Assembly: GCA_964543655.1 (NCBI GenBank)
Contig: CAZIZE010000031.1
Coordinates: 1-59,404, forward strand
DNA: 59,404 nucleotides
Origin: an uncultured bacterium
Lineage (GTDB): Bacteria; DYJV01
Reading direction: 5' to 3'
Made by a program: the position numbers and the translations under genes. Below, in pieces: positions 10,222 to 21,377 of the stretch; position 1 is the first letter of the stretch; each line of letters begins with the position of its first letter. The notes under the pieces are model-generated. The model was given only the letters and a program-made list of their open reading frames with translations. It made no database searches and was not told the origin of the DNA.

Positions 10222-11037
10222 TTAACTAAAATCAGGGGACTCTTTGTTTTCAACGATATTTTTATTTTTAATAACTTTCACATCTGAAGGATATACAATT
10301 TTTTTTAAAACATTTTTCTTCTTTATAAAATATAAAATAGATTTGCATAATATACAGCCTTCGCTAATAAAATTTGGAACAACAACAGCATAAGCTCCTA
10401 AATCCAGCATATCTTCAGAATAACCAATTATATATTTTCCCATTAGAATAGCTTTTTTAAAAATAAATTGAATAGAAAAGTAGTTAAAAACTGTTTTATC
10501 AGGTATAGCAAGCAATGCATCAGTTTCTTTAAGAGCTTTGTCTATTTTATATGGCACCTCTCCTATTTTTTTTACATAAAAAATTTTCAAATTTTTGGTT
10601 CTAAAATTTTTCAATAAATTGAGAATGTATCTATTATGAACAACAACAGATAATTTTTTCCCCTTTTCTAATAAATTTAATGCATTTTTAATCTGAGACT
10701 TTATAGAAGCAGTTAAAATAATATACTGCTTTATTAATGGGGAGTTATATTTTGATTTTTCTTCAATTGAATCGATTAATAAAAATATTGGTTTATGAAA
10801 GGTAATTGATTTATTAAAAAAAGTCTCATAGCTAATGATTAAAGTAACATCTTCTCTTTTTTCAAAAAGATTAACAATTTTAATATTTGGAAGATTCTTT
10901 TTCATTCCATCAACAATATCATTAAAATTTTTTTTATTTGGAAGCAAAGTGCCTACAACAATATTGTTAGAATTGTGAGAATAAAGAGATACTGCTAAAA
11001 AAATAAATATGAATAGGAAAAATAAAATTTTTTTCAT
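10222..11037 (-). CDS. Periplasmic substrate-binding-fold protein (ABC_sub_bind-like), likely sensory
   Basis: Signal peptide and a DALLAIPDKTVF...GYSEDMLDLGA segment typical of this family; lies between a TonB receptor and a kinase with no permease. Confidence 0.65.
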   Translation of the reverse strand: MKKILFFLFIFIFLAVSLYSHNSNNIVVGTLLPNKKNFNDIVDGMKKNLPNIKIVNLFEKREDVTLIISYETFFNKSITFHKPIFLLIDSIEEKSKYNSPLIKQYIILTASIKSQIKNALNLLEKGKKLSVVVHNRYILNLLKNFRTKNLKIFYVKKIGEVPYKIDKALKETDALLAIPDKTVFNYFSIQFIFKKAILMGKYIIGYSEDMLDLGAYAVVVPNFISEGCILCKSILYFIKKKNVLKKIVYPSDVKVIKNKNIVENKESPDFS

Positions 11038-11041
11038 TTTA

Positions 11042-12925
11042 TTAAAAGTTGTATTTTATTTTTAAATAAACTAATCTACCAATATCTTCACCAAAATAAG
11101 CTTCTTTATGAACATTATTAAATAAATTTTCTCCATGTAAAGAAACTTGTAATTTGTTATGAAAAAAATTTTTAATAATAGTTGCATTAATTGATAGGTA
11201 ATAATCTGAAGATTCACCAGTAAAAGCTTTAATAGCTGGCAAATATGTGGTGGTTAGACTACCTGATAACTCAGGATAATCAAATATCAATCCTCCAGCA
11301 AGTTTATATTTAGGAAGGTAATATGTATTACTGCTATTAAAAGTTTTATTTTTCATTTTTTGTATAAGGTATGAAGCAAAAATATTAAAATGTTTAGTTG
11401 GAATGTATTTAAAAGATGATTCTAAACCATGTACTGCATAATCTATTAAATTAATATTGTAAAAATCAATATGAAGAGGAAAGGTAAATTGAAAAAATCC
11501 ATTTGTGGTAATGGTATCTGTTATCCTATTGTAAAAAAGAGTTGTTTTAAAAATGAAATTATTCCATTTTTTTGAAATCGAGAGGTCAGTTGTATATATT
11601 TTTACAGGTTTCAAATGTCTATTATTATGAAGGTTTGCAATTAATTGAACTTTTATTGGAAAATCAATGTTTTCCACAGGAATTGTAGCACTATAGCTTG
11701 TATATTTAGCATACATTGAAGGAGGCTTTATAGACTTGGAATAACCTGTGTTTATTTCAAATGTTTTATCATCTGAAATATAGGATAAATTAAATTTATA
11801 ATTAAAATTTGAGCCATTATTTTTAATAAAGTTATTTCTAATTGTTAAACTAAACTTAAAATTTTTAAAAAACCTTAAACTCTGGCTAACAAATGGAGCA
11901 ATATCATAATCATTGCATGATGTTAAGTCTCTTACAAAAATATGATAATATTTAGCATCTATTCCTGTTAAAAAATTATTTTTAGAATATCTAAAGGAAA
12001 ATTTGTAAAATTCATTAACAAATTTAGCATTCTCAATTTTATCAATTAGTCTAATTGCAACATAACCTGTGGTATCTTGATAGTAAAATGATGAATCAAT
12101 ATGGGGATATTTATAATTTAATAAAAAATTTTTTATTTTAAAATTATTAAATTCTTCATACATTTTAAGGCTATACATCTTATGATTAATGCCAACAGGA
12201 TACGATTCTAAAAAGTTTAAATCCCCATCTGAAATTCCAGTTTTTATAAAAAACTTAGAATTATTAATATATTTTTCAACAGAAAGATTTATTAACTTAG
12301 ATTTATCTATTCTACGATCTCTATTAAACTCATCCACACTTCTAAAACGGCCTGTTAATTTCCAGTAACTACCGAGATTATAGCCATTTATAGAGAAATT
12401 TAATTTATTAAAATCTCTTGAACCACCAGTAGCGCTAATATAATTATTATCAAGAAATTGTGGATGCCTGGTAACAATGTTAATAATACCTGCTGGTTCT
12501 ATATATCCATTGGAATTTGAACCAGTAGTTTTAATTATCTCCACTCTATCAATGTCATCAATTGTAACTGGAATATTGTAAAAATAAGTTCTGCTGTAAT
12601 AATTCTCTGTAATCTCCATTCCATCTACCAAGATTAAGGGATTTAATTTTAATTCAGGTAAGAATCCCCTCATATAAACATTGGCAGTTGCACCATTAAC
12701 TCTGTTAACTAAGATACCAGAAACAAGATTGATTAATTCAGGAACACTTTCTACTCCCATTAACTGAATTTCCTTACTGGTAACCACCTCAACAGAAGGT
12801 GAAAGTGATGACAGGTCTTGAGAAAATGAGGTGGATGTAGTAATTGGTGTAATATCAGAAGAATATAGATTTGAAATTAGAGTAACTAAAATATAAAAAA
12901 GAGTTGTAATAGTAATTTTTTTCAT
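11042..12925 (-). CDS. TonB-dependent outer-membrane receptor
   Basis: Plug motifs (VEVVTSKEIQLMG, LILVDG, DDIDRVEIIK, GIINIVT) and C-terminal ENLFN...GR...YNF. ATG 12925 preferred over GTG 12949. Confidence 0.88.
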   Translation of the reverse strand: MKKITITTLFYILVTLISNLYSSDITPITTSTSFSQDLSSLSPSVEVVTSKEIQLMGVESVPELINLVSGILVNRVNGATANVYMRGFLPELKLNPLILVDGMEITENYYSRTYFYNIPVTIDDIDRVEIIKTTGSNSNGYIEPAGIINIVTRHPQFLDNNYISATGGSRDFNKLNFSINGYNLGSYWKLTGRFRSVDEFNRDRRIDKSKLINLSVEKYINNSKFFIKTGISDGDLNFLESYPVGINHKMYSLKMYEEFNNFKIKNFLLNYKYPHIDSSFYYQDTTGYVAIRLIDKIENAKFVNEFYKFSFRYSKNNFLTGIDAKYYHIFVRDLTSCNDYDIAPFVSQSLRFFKNFKFSLTIRNNFIKNNGSNFNYKFNLSYISDDKTFEINTGYSKSIKPPSMYAKYTSYSATIPVENIDFPIKVQLIANLHNNRHLKPVKIYTTDLSISKKWNNFIFKTTLFYNRITDTITTNGFFQFTFPLHIDFYNINLIDYAVHGLESSFKYIPTKHFNIFASYLIQKMKNKTFNSSNTYYLPKYKLAGGLIFDYPELSGSLTTTYLPAIKAFTGESSDYYLSINATIIKNFFHNKLQVSLHGENLFNNVHKEAYFGEDIGRLVYLKIKYNF

Positions 12926-13101
12926 AATTATTTCTACAAAATTTTTCACAATTTGTCAAAATTTTATTTTACATAAATTTTATAACATATTTTTATGAAA
13001 TATTGCAAAATTCTTTTAAAAATTAATTTCTTGACAATAAAAATTATTTCTTTTATATAAAATTATGTTCTATTTTTCTAATTTTTGATAAGGAGGATAT
13101 A

Positions 13102-14187
13102 ATGAAAAGAAGAGACTTTTTAAAGAAAGCTGGTTTAGGTGTTGCTGCAGCGACAGCAGCTGCTACTGTTAAGTCTCCCCTTGTAATTGCTTCAAAGAAA
13201 TATTTTTGGAAAATGTGTACTACTTGGCCTCCACACTTCCCAGTTTTAGGAGAAGGAGCAGATCTGTTTGCTAAATGGGTAGAAGAGATGAGTGATGGTA
13301 GAATGAAAATTCAGGTTTATGGTGGTGGAGAATTGGTTCCTGCACTTGGTGTTTTTGATGCAGTTAGAACAGGCAATGTTGAATTTGGACATTCTGCTTC
13401 ATATTATTGGGCAGGTAAAGCACCAGCTACTCAATTTTTTGCAGCAGTTCCATTTGGCATGAATGCACAGCAGGTAAATGCATGGTTTTATGGTGGTAAT
13501 GGTCTCAAATTATGGAAAGATCTTTACGCACAATTTAACCTTGTACCATTTCCAGCTGGTAATACTGGAGTTCAGATGGCAGGCTGGTTTAATAAAAAAA
13601 TCAACTCTGTTAATGACTTAAAAGGTCTTAAAATGAGAATCCCTGGACTTGGTGGAAAAGTTCTTGCCAAAGCAGGTGGAACAGCTGTTCTTGTTGCAGG
13701 TGGTGAAATTTATACAAACCTTGATAGAGGAGTTATAGACGCTACTGAATGGGTGGGCCCATACCACGATTATTTAATGGGTTTTTATAAAGCTGCAAAA
13801 TACTACTACTATCCTGGATGGCATGAGCCAGGAACTGTTCTTGAAATTATGGTTAACAAGAAAAAATGGGATTCATTACCAAAAGATTTACAAGCTATTA
13901 TCAGGACAGCAGCAGCAAGATCCAATGTTTGGATGCTTTCAATATTTGAATCTAAAAATAACTACTATTTACAAAAGCTTATTAATGAGCATCATGTTAA
14001 GCTTCTTAGGTTACCTGCTTCTGTTCTTAAAACATTACACAAATATTCTAACGAAGTTCTCAGTGAAATTGCTGCTAAAGATCCTTACAGCAAAAAAGTT
14101 CTCGCTGATTATCAAAAATTCCAAAAAGATATTCAAGAGTGGGGCAAAATATCAGAAAGAGCCCTTGCATGGGCAGAATCTCTATAA
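13102..14187 (+). CDS. dctP: TRAP transporter solute-binding protein, Tat-exported (DctP/TakP-like)
   Basis: Twin-arginine MKRRDFLK; SYYWAGK, PAGNTGVQMAGWF, GLKMRIPGLGG, EWVGPYHD, YYYPGWHEPG; AGGAGG SD. Confidence 0.93.
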   Translation: MKRRDFLKKAGLGVAAATAAATVKSPLVIASKKYFWKMCTTWPPHFPVLGEGADLFAKWVEEMSDGRMKIQVYGGGELVPALGVFDAVRTGNVEFGHSASYYWAGKAPATQFFAAVPFGMNAQQVNAWFYGGNGLKLWKDLYAQFNLVPFPAGNTGVQMAGWFNKKINSVNDLKGLKMRIPGLGGKVLAKAGGTAVLVAGGEIYTNLDRGVIDATEWVGPYHDYLMGFYKAAKYYYYPGWHEPGTVLEIMVNKKKWDSLPKDLQAIIRTAAARSNVWMLSIFESKNNYYLQKLINEHHVKLLRLPASVLKTLHKYSNEVLSEIAAKDPYSKKVLADYQKFQKDIQEWGKISERALAWAESL

Positions 14188-14190
14188 TCA

Positions 14191-14216
14191 AGAGCCGGCT
14201 TTATGCCGGCTTTTTT
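14191..14216. terminator. Intrinsic terminator between convergent genes
   Basis: AGCCGGC-TTTAT-GCCGGCT followed by TTTTT. Confidence 0.85.
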
Positions 14217-16506
14217 AATAGATTAACTTCACTCTACACACTTTAGTTTCTGCAATATCAATTTGAAAAAATTTTACTATATTTAAATGTTTTCCATTAT
14301 GAAATTTAATAGTTACCACTGTTTTACTATTTTGCAAAAAAATATTATCTATTAATTCATTCTCTTTAAAATCAATTTTATCATAAATTTCATATACTGC
14401 TGCTTTTACATCTTTTACAAGGTGCAATTTATCCCTGTTTTCAAAAAAATCATCTATTTTCATACCATTTGGTAAAAAATTATTTGCGCATCTCATAATA
14501 CTTTCTAAATTATCATTTCCAATAAATACTTCAAAATATTCTTCAAAACTTTCTACTCCAAAAGGTGGCGGCGGTGAAAAAGATATTTTAGGTTTTGGTT
14601 TATAACCTTCTGAATGTTTAAGTATTGCACCACTTCTAATTAATGCCCTTAATATAACATCTTGAGTATCAATATGTCCAAGTAATTGAGATACCCCTGT
14701 TTTTCTGTACTTAAATATAACTCTTCTAAAATATTCTCTTTTTAAAGCTTTATTCATAATCTGCTCTGTTAAATCTTTTGATGTTACAATTTTAACCTCT
14801 CCATTGCAAACACCACAATTATTACACTTTTCAATTCTACAATCTTCTGTCTGTTTCCCTTTTTCTGCTTTTAAATATTCAGAAATTAAAAACTCTTTTG
14901 ATACCCCGGTGTTAATAAAATCCCAGGGTAATTCCTCATAAAGATTAAATCTTTTTTCAGCTAACATATTAATATCGCTATTAGCATCACTCCACTTTTT
15001 ATAAAAAAATTTATCACTCCATCCTTCAAGGTAAGCACCTTTTTCAAAAACAGTATGCAATATTTCAGATAAAGATTCATCACCCCTTGCAAGAACAGCT
15101 TCTATCTGGCTCATTTCAGGCAAATGCCATTTTATTTTGATGTTTCTAAATTTTTTTAAGTTATCCTTAATTTTATAAAGTTTTTCTTTTATACTTCCAA
15201 TATTTTCCTGAGGACACCATTGAAAAGGTGTGTGAGGTTTTGGAACAAATGTGCTAATACTTATATTTAATGAATTTTTTTTATGATATTTTCTACCTAA
15301 TTTAGCTACTTCTTTTGAAAGTTTTATCATTTCATCAATATCTTCATCATCCTCAAAAGGTAGTCCAATCATAAAGTAAAGTTTTATAAGATTCCAGCCA
15401 TTTTTGTATAAAATTTCCACTGCATTAAAAATATCACTATTTGACAAATTTTTATTAATTGCTTTCCTTAATTTTTCACTGCCAGCTTCTGGTGCAATTG
15501 TAAAACCAGTCCTCTCTTTTTCAAGAATAGTTTTTAAAATCTCTTCATTTACCATATCAGCTCTAATTGATGGTAGAGAAATTTTCAAATCCAACCTTTT
15601 TAAATTTTCAACAATCTCTCTTAATTTAGAATAATCTCCAACAGAAAGTGATAGTAACGATACATCCCTATAACCACTATTTTTGATAGATTCTTTTACA
15701 ATATTGATAATATCATCTGCTGCTCTTTCTCTACTTGGTCTATAAATAATTCCAGCATGACAAAATCTGCAACCTCTTGTGCAACCTCTGGAAACTTCTA
15801 CCATAATTCTTTCATGAACTGTTTTTGCTGTTGGGATTACTGGACTTGTGGGGAAAAAATCTTTTGAAAGTGTAGTAAAAAACCTTTTAGTTACTTTCTT
15901 TTTAGGAAAAATAGGAGAATAAACTCCTTCAAGTTTTGAAAGCTCCTCTAATACATCTTCTCTTTTTGACCCTTTTAATTCATTTATTATCATGCATTTT
16001 TCTAAAATAATTTCTTCTCCATCACCAATAACAAAAAAATCAAAAATTTCTTTAAGTGGTAAAGGATTAAATGCTGACGGGCCACCAGCGCAAATTATCG
16101 GGAAATTGCTTCCTGCTCTATCTTTACTAAAAATAGGTATTTTCATCATCTGTAACATTGCAGGAATAGTTGTAAAATTCAATTCATATTGTAGCGTAAA
16201 TCCAATTATATCAAATTCTTTTGGGTATCTTTTATAGTCAAGCGAGAGATAAGGTAGTTTATTACTGTTAATAAAATTTTTCATATCTATATCAGGAGCA
16301 AAAATTCTATCACATAAATAATCCCTCTCTTTATTTACAATATGGTAAAGAATTTGAATAGCCAGATTCGAAGAACCTATTTTATACAAATCAGGATAAG
16401 CAAGTAAAAACTTTACCTTTGCCCTATCCCACTCTTTTTCTGGAATATTAATATCAACACCAATATATTGTAATGGATTTGTTACCAGTTTGTAATAGTT
16501 ATTCAT
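14215..16506 (-). CDS. B12-binding radical SAM protein (TIGR03960-like) fused to a DUF2344/TIGR03936-like domain
   Basis: RGCTRGCRFC CX3CX2C motif, FTLQYEL, TIAPEAGS, FVPKPHTPFQW, DCRIEKCNNCGVC; C-terminal GH.D...R...SEGYKPKPKISF domain. Confidence 0.9.
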   Translation of the reverse strand: MNNYYKLVTNPLQYIGVDINIPEKEWDRAKVKFLLAYPDLYKIGSSNLAIQILYHIVNKERDYLCDRIFAPDIDMKNFINSNKLPYLSLDYKRYPKEFDIIGFTLQYELNFTTIPAMLQMMKIPIFSKDRAGSNFPIICAGGPSAFNPLPLKEIFDFFVIGDGEEIILEKCMIINELKGSKREDVLEELSKLEGVYSPIFPKKKVTKRFFTTLSKDFFPTSPVIPTAKTVHERIMVEVSRGCTRGCRFCHAGIIYRPSRERAADDIINIVKESIKNSGYRDVSLLSLSVGDYSKLREIVENLKRLDLKISLPSIRADMVNEEILKTILEKERTGFTIAPEAGSEKLRKAINKNLSNSDIFNAVEILYKNGWNLIKLYFMIGLPFEDDEDIDEMIKLSKEVAKLGRKYHKKNSLNISISTFVPKPHTPFQWCPQENIGSIKEKLYKIKDNLKKFRNIKIKWHLPEMSQIEAVLARGDESLSEILHTVFEKGAYLEGWSDKFFYKKWSDANSDINMLAEKRFNLYEELPWDFINTGVSKEFLISEYLKAEKGKQTEDCRIEKCNNCGVCNGEVKIVTSKDLTEQIMNKALKREYFRRVIFKYRKTGVSQLLGHIDTQDVILRALIRSGAILKHSEGYKPKPKISFSPPPPFGVESFEEYFEVFIGNDNLESIMRCANNFLPNGMKIDDFFENRDKLHLVKDVKAAVYEIYDKIDFKENELIDNIFLQNSKTVVTIKFHNGKHLNIVKFFQIDIAETKVCRVKLIY

Positions 16507-16643
16507 AATAATCCTAATTTAATTAATTTAGAAAACAATATACTATATATGAGACGATATGTCGATGATATTTTGTATTAAATAACGCTTTTAAAGAATT
16601 GATTATAAAGTTCATATAAAGGAGATGGAATCCTCACTGAAAT

Positions 16644-19298
16644 TTAAGAAACAGGAGTGATTCCATTTTCTTCTTTTGCAATAGCTGAGTCAAATTTTAA
16701 CAATAATTCCTTCATATGATTACTTATTTCTTCAGCTTCTTTCAGTAATGTATCTCTTTTTTCAAAATCTTTTTTATTATGACATTCAATAGCCTCAATT
16801 ATTTTATCATGCACTTTTTTATGCAAATCTTCAATTTGTGAAAAATAAGAGAGATTGGCAAATTTTTGTCCCTCACCATAAAACCATTTCCCAAAAGAGC
16901 AATGGTGATGATCAGGAAATTTACTCCTATCTATAACATCTTTAATAATAATTTCAGTTTTAAATCTCCCTATAAACATATTATGTTGAGATTTGGCTGA
17001 TAAAATTGCATTTCTATCTTCATCAACTTTGTATTTTACTGTTTCTACATCAATTGCTTTTACAATTTCAGAAAGTTGTTTACTAATATCAACTATTTCT
17101 GTTGCTATTTTAGAATTAATTTTACTAACCTCTACAAGATTTTCATTAATTTTGAATAAATTTTCCATAACTTCTTTTTGTTCATTTATTGATGTAACAG
17201 TTTTATCAAGAAGAAGATTTACATTAAAAATATCTTCTGCAACTTTAACAATTTGTTTAGATTGTTCATTCATTTTTTCTTCAGTTATCTTTAATTGCTC
17301 AGAAACTTTTATACTTGCATCATTTATTGATTCTATTGTTGCATATTGCTCTTTTCCTGCTCTAATCATTTGTTCTACATAATCTTTGGTTTCAGTAACT
17401 TTTTCTAAAATTACATCTCCTGATTTTTCCAAATTAAACGTAACATTATGAATTTCAGATGTTTTTTCCCTTACTTCCTCAACGCTTTTTACAATAGCTG
17501 TGCTAACTTCTGCTTGCTCATTAGCTGCATGGGTAATTTGCATAACTAACTCCCTTGTTTTATTGCTAAACTCAACAATCTCTTTAGTTGCTTGCCTGGT
17601 GGTTTCAGCTAAACGGCCTCCATGTTCAACTTTATCAATACTTTCTTGGGTATATTTTGTTGAAATAACAACTTTTTCTTGAATATTTTTAATTAGATTA
17701 GCTATCTCTTTGGTGGCTGAAGTACTTCTTTCTGCAAGTTTTCTAACTTCATCAGCCACAACAGCAAATCCCTTTCCATGCTCCCCTGCTCTTGCAGCTT
17801 CTATAGCCGCGTTTAAAGCGAGCAGGTTAGTTTGCTCACTAATTTCATCTATTGTAGATGTTATATTTCCAATATCATCTGCCATATTACTTAGTTCATT
17901 TATTTCATTTCCAACAGTTAAAACTATATTTCTTATCTCATTGATAAATTTAAATAGTGATTCTAATGAATTCATTCCATTCTCAGCTTTTTTCAAAGTT
18001 TCTTCACTTAACTCATTTGCATTTTGAGAATTTTCTGCAACATTTTCTATGCTGGCTGCTTGTTGATTAATGGCACTGGATACCTTTTCTATTTCTTGAA
18101 TAATAACTTCTATTGCCTTTGATGTGTTAAATATCATTGCTTTAACATCATTTCCTGCTGATTCAACTTCATTCATTTTACTGTCAGTACTTTCAATATG
18201 TTGAATCACTGATTCTATACTTTCTGCCATTTTCCCAATTGCTGAAGAGGTGTTATTTAGTTCAACTTTAACTTCATTCATGGAACTATTTACTTCAGTT
18301 GTAATTTCTTCCATTTTTTTTGCAGATTGAGCAACATCATCTGTGACTTCTTTAACATCTTCCGCATTTTTTGCTACATTTGATAGAGAAGCAGTTAACT
18401 CTTCTATGGAACTACTTACTGTATCAACGTTATTATTTAATTTTTTTGTAGTTTTCATTAAAGATTTTGAAAACCAAGATAATCCCCTTGAAAAGCTGTC
18501 AAGCTCAACTACAATAGACTTTAAATTTAAAAAAAGATTATGTATATTTTTTACAAAACTATTAAAAAATCTGCCTAATGAACCAATTTCATCTTTAGTA
18601 TTAATTGGAACCTGAAAATTTAAATTATCTTTATTTTGCTCAAGATAATAAATAAAAACATCAATTTCTTTAGCAATAGAATTAGCTAATATATATCCTA
18701 ATATTAAACTTACAATTACAGCAATAATAAATGCAAAAATTGAATAATTTACCTGTTTATCAATGTACTCAATAGAAAGCTTAGTTTGATAAGTAAATAA
18801 TTTTGTATGATTTTTTACAAGGGAGTCAATATATTTTGATGTATTAAATGAAGTTTGATCAAATTGCTCCATGATTTTATTACCAGCCTGTATACCTTTT
18901 GAAATATAAACATGAGCCATTTTAACTCCAGTATTGTAGTATTTGTATAAAGTTCTTTTTAATTTTATTAAAAGAGACCTATCATTGTCAGTAATGTTGT
19001 TACTTTTTAGCAACTTATCAATAATATTGTTAGCATTATTGTAGTAAAACTTTGCTTTTTTAAAGCCATCTGTAGAATGAGTGGCAGAAACATCAGTAAG
19101 ATATTGTTGAATCTGAATTATAGATTTATCCAGTTCTTCAAGTGATATTGTTATAGACGCTATCTGTACAGAATCAATAATAACCTTCTGTATTTTAATA
19201 GATTTTGAGATTAAAAAAGTAAATAAAAGTATAAAAACAATTAAAATAGTGGCTATTAATAGAAATAGTTTCTTTTTGATGCTAATATTTTTAAACAT
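16644..19298 (-). CDS. Methyl-accepting chemotaxis protein with C-terminal zinc-binding (CZB) domain
   Basis: Two TM segments, HAMP ([11 protein letters not shown]), signalling tip [39 protein letters not shown] motif H...[10 protein letters not shown]...H...H. Confidence 0.95.
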   Translation of the reverse strand: MFKNISIKKKLFLLIATILIVFILLFTFLISKSIKIQKVIIDSVQIASITISLEELDKSIIQIQQYLTDVSATHSTDGFKKAKFYYNNANNIIDKLLKSNNITDNDRSLLIKLKRTLYKYYNTGVKMAHVYISKGIQAGNKIMEQFDQTSFNTSKYIDSLVKNHTKLFTYQTKLSIEYIDKQVNYSIFAFIIAVIVSLILGYILANSIAKEIDVFIYYLEQNKDNLNFQVPINTKDEIGSLGRFFNSFVKNIHNLFLNLKSIVVELDSFSRGLSWFSKSLMKTTKKLNNNVDTVSSSIEELTASLSNVAKNAEDVKEVTDDVAQSAKKMEEITTEVNSSMNEVKVELNNTSSAIGKMAESIESVIQHIESTDSKMNEVESAGNDVKAMIFNTSKAIEVIIQEIEKVSSAINQQAASIENVAENSQNANELSEETLKKAENGMNSLESLFKFINEIRNIVLTVGNEINELSNMADDIGNITSTIDEISEQTNLLALNAAIEAARAGEHGKGFAVVADEVRKLAERSTSATKEIANLIKNIQEKVVISTKYTQESIDKVEHGGRLAETTRQATKEIVEFSNKTRELVMQITHAANEQAEVSTAIVKSVEEVREKTSEIHNVTFNLEKSGDVILEKVTETKDYVEQMIRAGKEQYATIESINDASIKVSEQLKITEEKMNEQSKQIVKVAEDIFNVNLLLDKTVTSINEQKEVMENLFKINENLVEVSKINSKIATEIVDISKQLSEIVKAIDVETVKYKVDEDRNAILSAKSQHNMFIGRFKTEIIIKDVIDRSKFPDHHHCSFGKWFYGEGQKFANLSYFSQIEDLHKKVHDKIIEAIECHNKKDFEKRDTLLKEAEEISNHMKELLLKFDSAIAKEENGITPVS

Positions 19299-19506
19299 TT
19301 TTAATACCTCCTAATTAAGATATTTCTGATAATAAATATAGTTATCATCTTAATTATTACTCTTGTTACAAAAAAAATCAAGTATATTTAAGAAATTATT
19401 TGTAAAATTTTTGTAAAATTTTAATGAGGAATTTTTTTAAATATTATTTGCTTTTCTATAAAAATTAATATAACTGCAAGCTGTTTTATTAATAGTTAGG
19501 TGAACA

Positions 19507-20667
19507 ATGAATCTTAAAATTTTTAAAAAAGAAGAGCTTTTCACTATTTTTGCCTGTTTCTGGGGAATTGGAATTTGTTATGGTATCCAGTATTCCTTTG
19601 GTATATTTTTTGTTGAAATTACAAATTATTTCCATTCAACCAAAGCAGCTTCATCTCTTATATTCTCAATAAGTTTGCTTATATATGGTCTTTATAACCC
19701 TGTTGTTGGAATATTGGTAAACAGATTTGGTGGCAGAAAAATTTTTAAAATAGCATCATTTATTATTTTCACGGGTCTTGCATCTTCATATTTTGCTTCT
19801 ACAATGAAGCAGCTTTATTTTACACTTGGAATAATTACAGCTATAGGTATTAATTCTGTGGGATTTATTCCAATCACCATTATTATTTCAAATAATTTTC
19901 CAAAAAGAAAAGGTTTTGCCCTTGGAATAGCAACTACAGGAGTTGGTGCTGGTGCAACTTTTATATCAATTTTTAGTGAGTTTTTAATTTCTAAATTTTC
20001 ATGGCAGCTTGCTCTGATTTATCTTGGTTTATTTGCTTCAATTTCAGTTTTTACTGTAAGTTTCTTTTTACCAAAATCACCAAAGAAAAGAGATTTTAAA
20101 TTTAATTTTAATATTTTAACAAATAAAGATTTTTATTTAATACAAGCAGGAATGGCTTTTGGTGCAATGACCACTCAAGGAATAATGCTTCATATAGTTG
20201 CATTTTTTATGGAAAAAGGTATTGTTAGAAGTTTTGCAGCTATTACAATATCAATAATTGCCCTTGTTGGCTCTTTTGGTAAAATATTTTGGGGTTACCT
20301 TGCTGACTTTATAAAACCTGTTAAATTATACTCTTTTGCATGTTGCCTGATTTTAATTTCATTTGCATTAATTCAATTTTTTAAAGTTAATATCTTTATA
20401 GCCATTATTTTCTCAATCCTTTTTGGAATTGGATATGGCTCATTTGCACCTCTTTTTCCAACACTTGCTTTTGAAAAATTTAAAGAAAATTTTGGAAATA
20501 CAATGGGATTGTTAGCAATGGGAAATGGAATAGGTGCATTTTTTTCCACATTTTTTTTAGGTTATCTTCATGATATTTATCATTCTTATACTTTTGCAAT
20601 ATATTTTTTAATGATAATCATTAGTTTATCCTTGCTTTCATATATAGTTGCATTTAAAGATGAATAA
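19507..20667 (+). CDS. MFS transporter (MCT/OFA-like)
   Basis: About 12 TM segments; GILVNRFGGRK motif A; FPKRKGFALGIATTGVG. Confidence 0.88.
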   Translation: MNLKIFKKEELFTIFACFWGIGICYGIQYSFGIFFVEITNYFHSTKAASSLIFSISLLIYGLYNPVVGILVNRFGGRKIFKIASFIIFTGLASSYFASTMKQLYFTLGIITAIGINSVGFIPITIIISNNFPKRKGFALGIATTGVGAGATFISIFSEFLISKFSWQLALIYLGLFASISVFTVSFFLPKSPKKRDFKFNFNILTNKDFYLIQAGMAFGAMTTQGIMLHIVAFFMEKGIVRSFAAITISIIALVGSFGKIFWGYLADFIKPVKLYSFACCLILISFALIQFFKVNIFIAIIFSILFGIGYGSFAPLFPTLAFEKFKENFGNTMGLLAMGNGIGAFFSTFFLGYLHDIYHSYTFAIYFLMIIISLSLLSYIVAFKDE

Positions 20668-21358
20668 AACCAAAATTATAACTATAGAGAATATAAGAAT
20701 AACTGTTTACAAAAAAAATGTTAAAAATCTTAATTTAACTATTTTACCACCTGATGGTTCAGTAAGAATTTCTGCACCTTATTTTGTCCCTGATGAATAT
20801 ATAGAAAATTTTATTAGGAAAAAGCTTCCTTGGATAAAAAAGCATGTTAATAGATTTAAAATTTTTCCAAATGAAATTAATAGAGAATATATTACAGGAG
20901 AGGTTTTCTATTTAAAAGGTAGAAAATATTTTATGGAAATTGTAATTTCAGATAAGGTAAAAATTTTTATTAAAGAACCTGATAAAATAATTTTTCATGT
21001 GCCTCTAAATTACAAAAGAGAGGATAGAGAAAGAGCTTATAATAGTTGGCTAAGAGAGTTATTGAAAAATGAAGTAACTAAATTAATTGATAAATGGAGA
21101 AAAATTATAGGTGTTTCTGTTAATGAGATTAGAGTTAGGAAAATGAAAACCAAATGGGGCTCCTGTAATATTAGTAAAAAAAGAATTTGGTTTAGCCTTG
21201 ATTTAATTGCCAAACCTTTATATTGCATAGAATATGTGGTTGTTCATGAACTTGTGCATTTACTTGAAAGAAGTCACAATAGTGTATTTAAAGCATATAT
21301 GGATAAATTTCTTCCACAATGGAGAATATATGAAAGGGAATTAAAAAGATTCAATTAA
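20660..21358 (+). CDS. YgjP/DUF45 (SprT-like) zinc metalloprotein
   Basis: KMKTKWGSC and EYVVVHELVHL.E.SH...F. ATG at 20660 overlaps the MFS 3' end. Confidence 0.9.
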   Translation: MNKTKIITIENIRITVYKKNVKNLNLTILPPDGSVRISAPYFVPDEYIENFIRKKLPWIKKHVNRFKIFPNEINREYITGEVFYLKGRKYFMEIVISDKVKIFIKEPDKIIFHVPLNYKREDRERAYNSWLRELLKNEVTKLIDKWRKIIGVSVNEIRVRKMKTKWGSCNISKKRIWFSLDLIAKPLYCIEYVVVHELVHLLERSHNSVFKAYMDKFLPQWRIYERELKRFN

Positions 21359-21377
21359 ACTTTGATTGAAAAAAGTT

